Position numbers and translations under genes: made by a program. The notes below the pieces were generated by a model. It was not told the origin of the DNA. It did no database searches and was given only the letters and a program-made list of their open reading frames with translations. Shown here in pieces: positions 12,560-25,755 of a DNA stretch of 64,000 bases; the first letter of the stretch is position 1; each line of letters begins with the position of its first letter. The DNA comes from Rhina ancylostomus (lineage: Eukaryota). The DNA lies in NCBI GenBank assembly GCA_030265395.1, contig JARFYF010000054.1, forward strand, positions 23,858,797 to 23,922,796, written 5' to 3'.

Positions 12560-13385
12560 CTTTTAATATTCTCCTTTAGGCTTATTCAATCCCAAGACGT
12601 TACTTCATTTTCTTATTTTGTAAAAATCAGGTGAATTTTTCCATCAATTATCCATTATTACTTGCAAATTTATCTTGCTCATCCTTGAATGGCCCAATCC
12701 CTACTTTGTTTTTCTCTATTTATGTAACTACACAGCATTGTTTCTTTGCATTTCTTGACAATTTCTATAATTTCTTTTTTTTTAAACTTCCTCATGGTTC
12801 CTTGAAACTTTTCTCACAAGTTCAATTCCCTTTTGTCCTCTTTGCTTTAGTACCCATTTATTTCTTGTACCGATGATCTTTGCTTTTGATTTTTCTCTGC
12901 TTTTTATTGCTCCACATTACCCTCTGATAGCTTGCTTGTGTTTGGCTCCAGTAAAATATGTTTGTCTTGAAAGCTATTGATTTCCTTCTTTTCTGTACTT
13001 TGTTTTGCAAGATTTTGTCAGTTTGCCTGGCTGTTCTACTTTCATTTCCTCGTAACATAATCTCCTCCAAGCTATTATCTTAATTTTTGTCTTAATGTCA
13101 CTCTTGATTCTGATCTTGAACCATTCTGTTGATTATGATTCCTACAATATTCTCCCGCTCTTGGAATTCTTCTTTCTTCTCCTTCACCTTAAATTGCAAG
13201 ATCCAGCAATATTGTTTTTCATTTTGGACATCTGAATGAGGGAAGATTCCTGCAGGGCCTGTAAAAATTGATTCTCGTTTCTCCTTTCATTACACCTTCT
13301 TTCCAGATGTTGAAATTAATTATTCTGCGGTTGCTACTCATCTCCTAGATTTGCCTGAATATTTCTTCTTCCACTATTTGATGGT
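12560..13385 (-). mobile_element. Heavily decayed CR1-type LINE fragment
   Basis: Pyrimidine-rich plus strand with reverse-strand endonuclease-like remnants at 13140-13330; recognised by eye only. Confidence 0.45.
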
Positions 13386-13391
13386 CATTAG

Positions 13392-13680
13392 TGGGTACAG
13401 TAGCACCGTGCTTGTGTTATTGGACTAGTACTCAGAGGCTTGGACTAATTATTCAGAGGATCGAGTTGTAGGATATGAATCGCAGTTGGAGAAAATAAAC
13501 TCAAATTCAGGATAAGGTCTAGAATCAGTAAAGGTGACCATGGAACCACCAGACTGTTGCAAAATGCATCTGGTTCACCAGCGTCCTTAAGGGAAGGAAA
13601 CCTTCCATCTTTACCAGATCTGATATATGCAACTCCAGCCATGAAGCAATGTTGACTCATAACCATCCAATAAAATAGTT
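13392..13680 (+). mobile_element. tRNA-derived SINE (related copy at about 1480-1690)
   Basis: Shared core 'catctggttcaccagcgtccttaagggaaggaaaccttccatc' versus 'catctgttttattaatgcccattggtgaaggtaatctgctatcc' at 1580-1625; degenerate tRNA-like head. Confidence 0.65.
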
Positions 13681-16600
13681 TGCTTTTTCCAGATCTGCCA
13701 CTGTTCATCTGCTGGTAAGGACTGTTCCAATTCTAAATGGCAAAACCTTCTACAGTTGCAAAATGCAATTCCTTGGAGAAACAAGGAAAAAAAACCCAAC
13801 TATAAAACAAATGAAAAGCCTTCGATAATTGATAAGCTATACTTCATGAGGCAACATCGAAAAGCTGTTAAATATAATAATTAAAATATAAAATGAAAAT
13901 AAAAAATACATAAACATTTCAAAACTAAATCAGCCAAATTCAATGAAAACATGTAAACTACCTAACTTATCCTTCTCCCTTGCAGCTATTCCTCTCCCTT
14001 AAAATGAATGGTCCCACTGTATTGGATCTAACGTAACNNNNNNNNNNCTTTTGCACTTATGCAAAGAAATGCCAGCTGCCTGATATAGAACTGCTGGTGT
14101 GCAAGTTCCTTCCTGTTATCTTTTAACTGCATCTGTTTAGATTCTGTATCTAAAGTAATGTCTTCTATCATTTTTAACCTCTAACAAGTACAGCTCCACT
14201 ACCACACCTTCTTTCTTCCTAAATCTATTATTTTATGCGATATGCAATGCCAATTCTGTTAATTTTCTAGCCAAGTTTCAGTTTTCCCTCATTGCATGCA
14301 GATCTTAACTGGAAAAGTCCTTCAATTCATCCGTATTTGCTTTGATTGCCAGCTTAATCTGTTTTCATTTTTAATTCTTCATATTGTTTTAGTCATTACT
14401 TTACCACCAGGTCTATGGTCTATCATTTAGTTCATTCCTGGCAATTAGCACTCTCCTCATTCCTCCCTTCAGTGCACCTTTTACTCCTTTTTTTCTGATT
14501 CTCTTATTAAGATTTCTTTGAATTCTAGCAGTTTCTTCATGAAGTTTAATGTTTTTTATATCCCTAATTACTTTTTTCACTAGGTCCACAGTCTCAGCCT
14601 CTTTCAAGTGCACCACTCACAGTAGTACAGACCCAACCCATCACAAAGTTAGTACCAGTGTCAAACAGATTGAATCCCCTCTTTCCCTCTCTGTTTCGGA
14701 GCCTGTCAACTATCCCAGTTCACGTGTATTGAATAATAATCCCAAAATTACTTTTCAGGTCGTACGTTTTAGTTTACAGAACCTCTTCTCTGATGTTGTT
14801 CTCACATGGATCATAAAGGCCAGATCCCACCTCTCAAGAGCATCATATCCCAACCTGCTGCATTTCCAACATTCGCTGCCTAATTTCAAATTTCTATCAT
14901 CAGCAGTACTTTGCTTTAGATTCTTTAATACCAAGAGTATAAACTAGATTTCTTGCAATTATTGGAGACTAATTATACACCTAAAAATACATATTGGGCC
15001 AGATTGTGTTTGATCAACATTATGCTCTTCCTGTGGTCCCACAATTTGTGGCCCCATGGGTCAAATCGAGCTACACCATCATAATTACAGCAGAATTTTA
15101 TAACCTTTTTATTTGAACTGCCTTTCAAGTAAAAGCTAAGATACCACTTGTCCACCCAATTGCTTACTATATCCAGATGTTAACTTTCTTCAGTTGGTGT
15201 GCAAAGGCTCTGGACCTCTGTATATTAATACTTCTGTCTTTCAACTTTAAAATTATTCATCTTTCCTATTCTTTCTGCCAAAATGGATAATTTCACAATC
15301 CCACTGCCAGATTCTTGTTCCCTAACCCATGTTCATCACTTTCGCTCTGACACTACCCCCTCATCTAGGGAGAGGGTTTAGATTGTTAGTAAACATGAAT
15401 ATATTACATTCGGTGCCCTAATACAAGTCACAAACACAGAAGGTAAAAGCTGACGTTCAACTACCAATCTTGCTAAATATACTTAGATAAACAAAATTAC
15501 TAATGAGCGTTTTTATCAGTTGCAAGTTGGCAACACTTGAAATATTGCAAAGAAATTAAATTAAAGAATAAATTTTAAATCTTATTTAAGCATTTTCAAG
15601 TTATTTATAAATACGTGCTGCACTTACTGCCTAATTATATCATGCACTAACCTAGCAAAATGGAAATAAAATTACCCAAATATTTCCTTCCAAGCACACT
15701 GTTCTGAAAATCATTCTTTTAACATGTTATATTTGAAAATTAGACAATACAGGTAGGCTTGAGGTCCTCTGAGGTCTGCTATCACTATTAGATTTTCTGA
15801 CAGCAAGCCATGTTGCATATATGGAATATTATTTCCTAACGATTTTGCTAACTGCACTATCATCAATCAGTGGTAAAAAAATTCCTTTCAATTAATTTGC
15901 CATAGTTCTTATACTGGGTACCAAGTACACATTAATTGAATACTGGTGAGCTAACATTAATCATTGTAGGTAATTTCAAACACCTCTAATATAAATGGCT
16001 TAAATATAGAAATTGGTCACTGAAATAAAATACACCTTATTCCTGGCTACTTAAGGTGCTACTGCTATGCACACTGTGGAAAAAAATTACAGAGTCTACC
16101 AAGAGAGTTAATTCCCCTGAGTGACTTTAGATTTTAGGGACTGTACAAAGGAGAATGTCACTGTCAAGTGGAATTCTTATCATGGTGATTTAAATTACTG
16201 CAGTCAAACACCATTCACTTAAGTTCTAAAGTTTTGAAGGTTAGATTTAGACTAAAGAAGAAAAGTTTCAGATATTAGATAGATTGTTACAACAAGGGCT
16301 TTAAACTAAACATAGAAATGGAGAATGTAAAGGGAATTTCAATAGATATTTTAATTGCAGGCTAAGCACAGTATAAGGGACTACAGATAAAAGTTTTCAC
16401 AAGTTAAGCCAAGTTTGAGATGGAAAGATGACGACAATAGTCAATAACTGTCCAGAGACATAATGCAGAACAATACAGAGGAAGTCTAGCTGCCTGAGAA
16501 GCTGCAAATGACTGACAATTGTAATTTCTAGCAAGGCTGCTAAGCAAGTTTTGCCTTCAACTGGACTCTCCCCTTACATTAGTCCATCAGTCATTTTTTG

Positions 16601-19600
16601 TCCCCAAATTCTGATCACAATATCTCCCCACCTTTCTCCTACACCATTCCCCCCCCCCACTGCCTAATCCTTTTATTGCAACCTCTTNNNNNNNNNNNNN
16701 NNNNNNNNNNNNNNNNNNNNNNNNNNNNNNNNNNNNNNNNNNNNNNNNNNNNNNNNNNNNNNNNNNNNNNNNNNNNNNNNNNNNNNNNNNNNNNNNNNNN
16801 NNNNNNNNNNNNNNNNNNNNNNNNNNNNNNNNNNNNNNNNNNNNNNNNNNNNNNNNNNNNNNNNNNNNNNNNNNNNNNNNNNNNNNNNNNNNNNNNNNNN
16901 NNNNNNNNNNNNNNNNNNNNNNNNNNNNNNNNNNNNNNNNNNNNNNNNNNNNNNNNNNNNNNNNNNNNNNNNNNNGTACGATCAGGAAGAGACTCTTATC
17001 CTTATCATACTGGGGTTTCATCTGATGTCAACAGGAGATGTGATTGTATTTGTACATGAAGCTCACTACTTTTGCTCTATTGTATTACATTCTGACTCAA
17101 GGTACACCCTTAGGAATCCAACCAAAAGTTTACTCATCTCAAAAATAGCTGTCACTAATGGAATCTTACATTCGTACAATGAGCATCTTAGGAATCTACA
17201 GAACCTTTAAACCTATCAATCTGAAGTGAGAAGACATCTGACTCTGTATTGTGCTTGATACGTGTATCAGATTAGATGGCTTGAATAGGTAGCTGATGCA
17301 ACAAAAAATGTTTTCCTCATAACTCAATGGCTTTGTTCAAGTATTAAAAATCATAATTCATTTCTTCCACTTAATTTCAACTTCAAAATGATGGAAGAAT
17401 TCATATTATCAATGAAGAATAAAAGATCATAATGCTCAGTGTTGAAAGCACATTTAAAACTCCATTAAACAGTCCAGTTAAAGAGAAAAAGGGCAACTCT
17501 CCTTTGTAAATTTTCAATTAATTTGATATTGTTTGAAATGACATACTTAAAAACTTATTTCTGGATGGCTGCAGAAGGAATGGATGGCAATGCTTGGAGA
17601 CACTCAATGGCCACTACAATTTTTCAATGCAAGAATGAATTACCATTTCTTGTAAACATTAATACACAAACTGACAAATGGCCAGGGATAAATTACAGAT
17701 GTGTACAAGAGTGTGAAATTGTTTTAGTCAGTTGCTCAAAATTAATGAAATGCTCCACAGAAACCTACAATCATCTTGAACAATTTTTCTCTGAGTCAAT
17801 TCTTTTTCATCATGAAATTAAAAAAAGGTTTGTAGGATGGCTATTTGAATGTATTTTCATATTTTTGTCATATATCAGTGCCAAAACACTGACATCACTA
17901 AATAATGGTGAGAAAAGTCAAATATAGCACAGTCCTGTGACTGGAGATGATAATGTTTCCACACCAAGGCTGCTTGTTTTATCCCTCATGGTAGAGGTCA
18001 CAGATCAAGGAAGTACTGCTGATAAGTTGCCACAATGTGCCCAGTACATTGCCCACATGGCATTCACACCAATCTAACAAACCGTTTGCCCTGGAAAGCA
18101 TGGATCTCTTGAGTGTTGTTCTATTCTGGGCAAGTGGCAAGCATTCCACAGACTCTTGATTTGGATTTTGCAGATGGTGCTTAGGCCTTGAAGGGCAAAG
18201 AGGTGATCCACTGATTACCAAAAGTTATTGGTAAAGCTGATCCAGTTCATATTCTGGTCAATCTTGATCCCAAGATGATGACGGTGAAGAACTTGGCTAA
18301 GAGAAAATGACTGGGCTATCAATGTTTTAAAGGATTTAGTACATGACCCAGGCCACAGGTCCCACACCAGAGAAAGCACTACCATCAAATGTTTCCTTTC
18401 ACTTCCTTTTGAATTCTCTCCATTGTTAAAAGGCAGAATTTTTTTGTGGAGCTTCCATCAAACAAAATTAAATCAACCGAAATATAAATGTACACATGGG
18501 CAATAGTCTCAGGATCCAAGATTGTCAGACTGCTCAAAATTTTATCAAGTGAATTACCAAATATCTATTCATCCAAATGAATGTTTCGTAAAAGCAAAAA
18601 TGAGAATCTCAGTATGGGAGGCAACTCATAACCTTTGAAAGGTAATGACTGGAGATGCAGGTTGTGAATAAATCTGGTACAGAATGATGTAATACTGATG
18701 AAGCAATCAAAACTGCTGCCTGAGAATACTTTGCTGATCAGTTCAAAATTATGCTCTTCAAAAACAGGAAATCAGTGAACATCAGATTGCCTTTAAATAT
18801 GACGAAACAGGGAGAAAAGAGACTACATTCCCTTGATCAGTTTAAAAATCGACATTCTCTGCAGTCAAATATCATAGAAAGTAACATGCAGTGGGTTATT
18901 CAACCCCATCATGGCTTGCTGAAAAGAAGGGACCCATTTTGCTCCATTTACAAAGTAATGATAATGATTGCCATTTGACCAATCACACCATATCCTTCCA
19001 GCAACAAGCTACTCAATTTACTAAAGATTCAATTTAAAATAAAAATCAGTCTAGGATTTGTCATTCCATTACATCACGAATATGGACTCCTGTGCTGTAA
19101 CAACTTAATGGCATACTTTGGCACAACCTTAACATTCCTTGGTTAAATGATTAAATAGACTCATCGTTAGAGTATACTATAGGTTTCCTTCTAAGTGCAA
19201 GTCTCAGGACCCTAATTGAAACAACTAACAACACTGTCCTAAAAGAATTGCTAAGGTAATTTCCCAAATCTGTACCAGCATATACAGTATTCAGTATATT
19301 TCTGAATGTTATCAGTATTAACCATTATTTGGAAAGAGTTCACAATCCAATGATTCTGTGCATAAAAAACATTCCTTTAATTTCTCCCAAGCAATTAAAA
19401 CAGCAATTTGGTTGATTTAACTTGAACAATAAGCCTGAGATTTATAGCTACAACATGAAATGAACTCTTAAAGGTAACGACAATTTAATTATTTGTAATG
19501 GTCAATGTCAAATATGTCAAAGTAGTTTTGTATCTTATTTGCATATTGAGTCAGAAAATAAAATTTTTAATCTCAGGATTTATGTTTCAACAGATGTTCA

Positions 19601-19841
19601 TCACAATCAGATTATTCTATATTACTTGTTCTACATTCCAGCAGAGTGATACATTTATTTCTTAAACTCAAAAGATAACTTGATCATCATTTGGACCAAA
19701 ACATAAATGAACTATTAATTATTTTGTATTTACTCAAAAATGAAATAAAACATGCATTTTTATTGTTCCTTTCATGATTAAAGGGTGACCTAAACTACCT
19801 AATCACCAATCATAAATCTCTTTACAGAGCAACTACATTTT

Positions 19842-21636
19842 GTAGACAAATGTGGCAAATGTTCAATTATATTTATAGTTCATAAGGAACTGTGTAAACA
19901 CATCTTCTATTCTGAAAAATAAATGTATTTCTTTTGAATTTGGTGCAATAATGTATAGATTATCTCTACTTCCAACTCTGGAGCAACTGAAATATAGTTG
20001 ACCCTGGGAAAAGCATTGAGTTTTGAGATTAAGGCCAACAATTTTTAATGATTGGCCTTGCGCCTTGTTAATGTTCATAGCAGAACTACATTTAACAGGG
20101 AGCTGAAGTTGTTTGAATTGAAACGGTAGATCAGATGGGATAATTGGTGTCTGAGGGATGAAGGCATTTTCTCCAATGGCATTATCAGTCATTATTGTAG
20201 CTTCAATTACATGTGGTAGTAATTTTTGAACATATAATCTTGTGCTGTTACATAGTATCAGTAGATCCAAATTCCTGACAAGCATGTTTGGAGCTTCTTC
20301 GATTTGATTACTTTTTTGTCCCTTTACAGTATTTCATTTCACATGGTTTACAATGAGGGTATTGTACAAGGAAGCAAAGTTCCAAGATTATGCGATGGCA
20401 CACCAAGTGGTGTTAGAGAGTCTAAAAATTCAACAGGAAAATGTACAGCCTCATCAATGTCTGTCACACTGAAAATAGATTTATACTGTACAGGTTGTCC
20501 AGGAAGCTTTGAAAGAAGGTCTTTATTCATGGCCTGCAATGCATCATTTTCTTGGTGCTAAAGTTGCTCTTTCGCACAACCATTGGTAATTCACAGTGTA
20601 TTAAGTGACATCTGGAAAAACAGCTTGCATCAGATCATGAAGCAATCTAACAATTCAGCCCAAGGTTTTCATTGAAATCATTCCTGTTGAGTCTTCATGT
20701 TTAATTTCCCCTTTTCTTAATTTGAGTAAATTCAAAGCAAACTCTCTCACAGATGGATCGCCTTTCAAATGCTCTTGCCTACTGGTTTTCAAGTGTAATC
20801 ATTCAACATTTTCCAAAATACATGATGGCTTTCAATTCATGTGCTTTAGTACCTCATTGAATTATTGGTGGTGGTTGATGAAAATTTCAAGCTAGCACTC
20901 AAATAACACCTCCCATTAATTTGTTATTGTGTTTAAGATTTGCAACGTTTGATCTAAAGTTTCAATGGCTGCTTTGCAAGCTATTGTACATTCATTCCAA
21001 ACAGGTTTACAATCTTTTAGAATTTTTTCCTTTGCAGTTCCTCATTGGAGTCTCCACATTTGTTAAAGTTAATGGGAGTTTAAAAGCTGAATGTGCAGCT
21101 TTCCCTCCTGTCAAAAGTGTCAAAGCAATGCCTAATGATGCCTTTGAACTTGAGCCAAAATAAAATTAATAAGGAAAGTTTTTCCCTTTCCACCAGAAGC
21201 ATCAAAAATAAATTCCTTGTTAATTATAAACAACCTCTATAACAGTATCTAAGACATTTCTTTGCTATCTCACTAAATTTGGTTCTTTCTCTTGGATATA
21301 TTCATCTAGCTGGTTTTAATCATAGCTGGTCTCCTGCAGAAACTCTGTGCACAGATGCTCAGTTTCTCTTTGTTGTTCAAATAGATCTAAAGTACCTAGG
21401 TAACATCCACCTAAATATTTAGCACCTCAAAGACAGATCTGAAACAAAAACTCATCGATTTTTAATGGGAAAAATTAAAATTAGGCCCCTCTGGGCTACG
21501 GAGGGCCTGCCATGGCAATTTTAAAACTAAAAGTCTAGTCCACATTAACCTAACTTAAGTGCAAAGTTTCAGATTGTTAGGATGTTTAGTGACTGAGCTA
21601 CGCACAGGATTCACAGACATTCTATTTTGTTATACA
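19842..21636 (-). mobile_element. Internally deleted, decayed Helitron (PIF1-like helicase remnant plus putative 5' end)
   Basis: Minus strand shows a Walker A motif DASGGKGKTFL (21171-21203), ASLGIALTLLTGGKAAHSAFKLPL, FPVEFLDSLTPLGVPSHNL, MLVRNL..LCNSTRL and AMNINKAQGQSLKIVGLNLKTQCFSQGQLYFSCSRVG. The frame has stops and frameshifts, and no Rep domain is visible. Near 21636 the sequence resembles a Helitron 5' end (..TATAACAAAATAGAATGTCTGTG..CTGAAACTTTGCAC). Both termini are tentative. Confidence 0.9.
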
Positions 21637-22595
21637 CCTTTAGATTTCTTTGAACTTGTTCTAAGGGCTATCACTTGTGTTAAGCAGAAAAAACTCACAA
21701 TTGGACAGTTTTATGTTCTATTAACATAATTTCAGTTCTAGACTTTATTTTACATTAAAATGAAATCCCCTGTAAGTGACAAGCAGCACTTTCCCTTTCA
21801 AAACAACCTCCGCCAATGTAATCTTCGGCTTTGTCATGTTTGCTACATCTCGCCTTTTTGAAAGGGTGATTTCACATTAATTATCAATGAGCAGATTTGT
21901 CCCTTTACAATATTTCATTTCACGAGGTGTATCATGAGCATATTGTACAAGGAAGTAAAGCCATGGTGCTATTTGAAATACAAATTTTCAATTTAATGTG
22001 CTACTATCAGAGAGCTAACAAAGATTGAATAATGTATGCAAGAGGCTTACTGTGGGACATATTTTGGACACGTTGAGGCTATAACAGAGATGGATTGTTA
22101 GTGATGAAAGCACTGGAAGGACAAAACATGGATAAGAATTTCCCCAGGGAGGGAGTAAGGTAGAAAGAGAGGTGGAAGTTGCCTTTTTGAATGAGATTAT
22201 GTGGTCTAAAGTACACTTGTGAGATGAACATGACGACAAAAATCTCTTTGTAAATCAAATCAGGTTCTTGAAGGGGAGGAGGGGGGAGTTTAGGTCAGGG
22301 TCAAGGAAACAGACCTTGTGGTTAGCACCCAAATTATGCTTCAATATTCCAAATCAACTGAAGGTTGCAGTCATACATTAAAAGCTGTTGTACACAAGAG
22401 AGTCTGGCAGCAGCAGGTTGGCTGTGTGGTCTTGAGAAGTGGTAGAGTTGTAGGCTGGGTTTCAACATACAGATAGAAGTTGAACCCTCATTTGCAGACT
22501 CAGGGATGAAAGATAGGTAAAGAAAAAAAAGCCTTGTGCGCTTTGTTGAGAGACAATAAGATTATAACACAGGAGAAAGATGAAAATATATGAGT

Positions 22596-22758
22596 AATAC
22601 TTCATTAAATGGATCTACCTGATGGGTTGGGATATGAAAGACAACCTTGTCAAAAAACCAGGAGGTTTAGGAGTAGAAATACTTCATTAAATGGATCTAC
22701 CTGATGGGTTGGGAAATGACAGACAACCTTGTCAAAAACCCAGGAGGTTAAGGAGTAG
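22596..22758. repeat. Tandem duplication, two copies with an 82-bp period
   Basis: aatacttcattaaatggatctacctgatgggttggga...ggagtag starts at 22596 and again at 22678, with 4 substitutions. Confidence 0.97.
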
Positions 22759-25619
22759 TGTGCATTTGTCAGTGTCATAGATGCTGTGATTTAGAAGAAG
22801 AAGGAGGATGAGGTACTCAAAAGGTGAAAATTTCACAGGAATACGGGATGGGACAAAGAGGCAATTTGACAAGCAAGACTACATTAAGCCAATGCAACCT
22901 GGGTGGGTTAAATGATGGAAAATGTGAAGCATCAATGAGGTGAAAAAATTGGTAATGAGCCACCCATATCAGTTAGTGCTAGGATGCTGTTGAAGACAAA
23001 TGTCTGAAACATTATTTGCAATAGAGTTCTCATTTCAGAGGAACTGTAGAATGAAGATGAGAAGGAAGTTATAGACTTTAATCACTAAGGAATAGGAATT
23101 TTCCAGGATGGGTCTACAGCTCAAGGAGAAAATTTTCCAGATGCATATTATAAAGGTTGTCAAAGAAGGTACAGAGGCAAACAACTGGCCTTAACAGAAG
23201 GAAATGAAGATGAGAATAGTGGACAAAGAGGAGCTTAGCAGANNNNNNNNNNCTGTACAAAAGAAAGAAGAAAAGGTTGCATGGCTGGTAGGGGAATAAA
23301 GAGCCCGATATAACCAGGAACAAAATGGAAAGAGTGACAGCCAAGCTGCACAACTGAGATAATACTGCAAAAATTTAAAAAAATCTAGCCTTTTAAATTT
23401 ATCTCTATTTCGTCTTGGACTTTAAATGCATTTTACTAAGTGATTGCTGACAGCATTAACATTTAACTGAAATATTTTACACAAGAATAATGTGCAATTC
23501 TTACCAGCTGTTTCTGACAAGTTTTATGGGCAGGAACTGTCATCATCATTTATAGAGTTCATGCTAAAGCTCTACAGTCACATACAGATTAAAACATTAG
23601 AAAGAACAGCATTGTGAGCTTTTAGTAAATTGTGCAGAGTGTTTTTGTTCCAAATAAAAGTAGTCAGCAAATTTAATACTGAATTATTCAGAAGTTCCAC
23701 CTTCTAAATCATCGCAAAATTCACATGAGAGAAGCTGTGCAATATTTTGGAAACTGGAACAGAACCAAACTGCTCAAACAATTACAAGATTTTATAAGTT
23801 TATCTTACAAGAACTTTCAAAAATGTTAATGCAGTAGAAAAATAATCGTAAAATGCAGAAGAAATGATTAAATATTAGCAGTTAAAATCTACGTTCCAGA
23901 TTAAAAACAATTCCTATGGGGATATTGGGAAGGACTACAAGCATAGTTCTCAAAATAATACCACAAAGTGATAACAAAACAATATAAATTTCATTGATGT
24001 TTTCAGAACTGTGAAACATTTATAAAAATGCACTCATGTAAATACACATACTCTTGAATAAATACATCTGAGAAATAACTTACTTCCTTTCTATTCCACC
24101 TGTTAGAATTCTTTCATTTTTGAAAAGAACATCAAACAACATTCATACATTGTGTTTATCATTCAACTAATGAAGACCTTTTATAAGAAGAATACTTTAG
24201 GGTAATGAAGTCTAAACTCAATTACCATATAAGTCATTCACTGTTAACTTGCAAAGTTCTTCATTCTCATTTAATTTGCCCTATATTTATATTCAGTATA
24301 AATTATTGTGAAGGATGTAGAAAATATATTCCAATAGTGACTCTAATTTATTATTTCACAACTCACCTGAATGCCAAAGTAATACGAGCACAATACAAGA
24401 TCCATCATGTTCATAAACACATATTCAATAATAAGGAGCAGCTGTAAATAAACCTATGTTATATAATACTGAATATTTACATATCAATGTGCAGAGTTGC
24501 TGCCTTTTAAAGCAAGACAACAAATTAAATAGAGAAATTACTAATCAGAATACAATGATTTGGTTGAAAAAGTCTATTAGATCTTAAGTAATAATCACAA
24601 ACAATCAAAAGCAAATAGGTTAGGGAATGCAAGGAGAAATTATTCATCATGGAAGAATGACATTCAATGTTGCACAGAAAATAAAATAAATCATTACTGA
24701 ATGTTGTTAATAGTCCTCAAAGATTACGGCACACATTAAATGCAGTAAAGTGATTGGCAATGAATACAGTAGAGTTTATCTTCCTCTGGCCTTTCTTTTA
24801 GGGGGCAAACTTTCACTAGTCTCTGGAGTTATTCAGAACCAGACCACAATCCCAAATGCAGGGATCAAATTGCAAGAAATTATGAGCAGTCTGCAATGTC
24901 AGAAGACCACAAGGGCTGTTTCTTAAATTTCCTCTGCCTGTAGCCATGTTAACTGCTCATTTCCCGCAGAATAACCACAGTGACATGGCTGGCAGGATGT
25001 TGGGAGCTGTGCAGCTGTTAAAGGCTAGTCCAATTAAGAGATTTGAGGGTTGATTGGATTGAGTTCAATTCAGCCCAATTTCACCTGCTCAATCTACAGT
25101 GACTATCAATCAATTATGCTGAGCATAATGAATTAACTCCAGTAATACATAGAAATAAAGTTAATAGACTATCTATTTTGGTGCACTGCATATAAATTTA
25201 ATCAATGGCAAAACCTCAACTATTTTCTAGCCTTATTTTCCATTCCAACACGCAGATGTCAATTGTGAAACCAGTTGGAGTATTGTCAGTTAATTTAAGA
25301 GCAAATATTAGCATACAATCCCTTTAGTGCTTATACTGTCTATAGATAACAGGCAGGAGATATCAATTACTTTAGGAGGGGCAGGGCTAGAGGGAAAAGG
25401 ATCATAATGGAGAATGTGACCATTTAGAAATTAAGTGGCCAAGGAAATCTAAAGCTTAATATGAAGTCAATGCTTCTAAATGCATCAATGTTTAAATACT
25501 GACTGCAGGCCCATTGCCAATATGTCAAAATATTTCATAATTCTCTCAAATTTAAATAGCACGCCAACATATATTTTAGGGATGAAATACAAATTTGTAA
25601 CACTGAATAATCCTCATAC

Positions 25620-25755
25620 CTTGTCTGCTAATGCCTTCAAGGACTCAAGAAATCTTGACCAAAAGTCCTTAAAGAGAGGACGATCAATTTTCTTGAGGCT
25701 GTCTTTAGTACTTGCATCCACACTGACATAAAGCTGAGTAACTGGCTCAAGATTT
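25620..25755 (-). CDS. TYW1: TYW1 internal exon (136 nt, last in window)
   Basis: tcag|AAATCTT...GACAAG|gtatg; translates NLEPVTQLYVSVDASTKDSLKKIDRPLFKDFWSRFLESLKALADK. I found no next exon in 1-25619, so this intron appears to exceed 25 kb. Confidence 0.97.

Noticed and set aside
14549-14947. 132-aa plus-strand ORF (also the 134-aa ORF at 17523..17927)
   Set aside because: It has no recognisable domain or splice pattern and is antisense to TYW1; such lengths are expected by chance in 64 kb.
16587-17059. Longest ORFs in the track (144 and 153 aa), and other X-containing ORFs
   Set aside because: They are open only because they cross N runs.
19863-20285. 140-aa PIF1-like ORF as a functional gene
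   Set aside because: It is part of a frameshifted, stop-interrupted Helitron helicase with an insertion and no splice structure.
22596-22758. Direct repeats as a possible CRISPR array
   Set aside because: There are two adjacent units with no spacers or cas genes, in vertebrate intron context.
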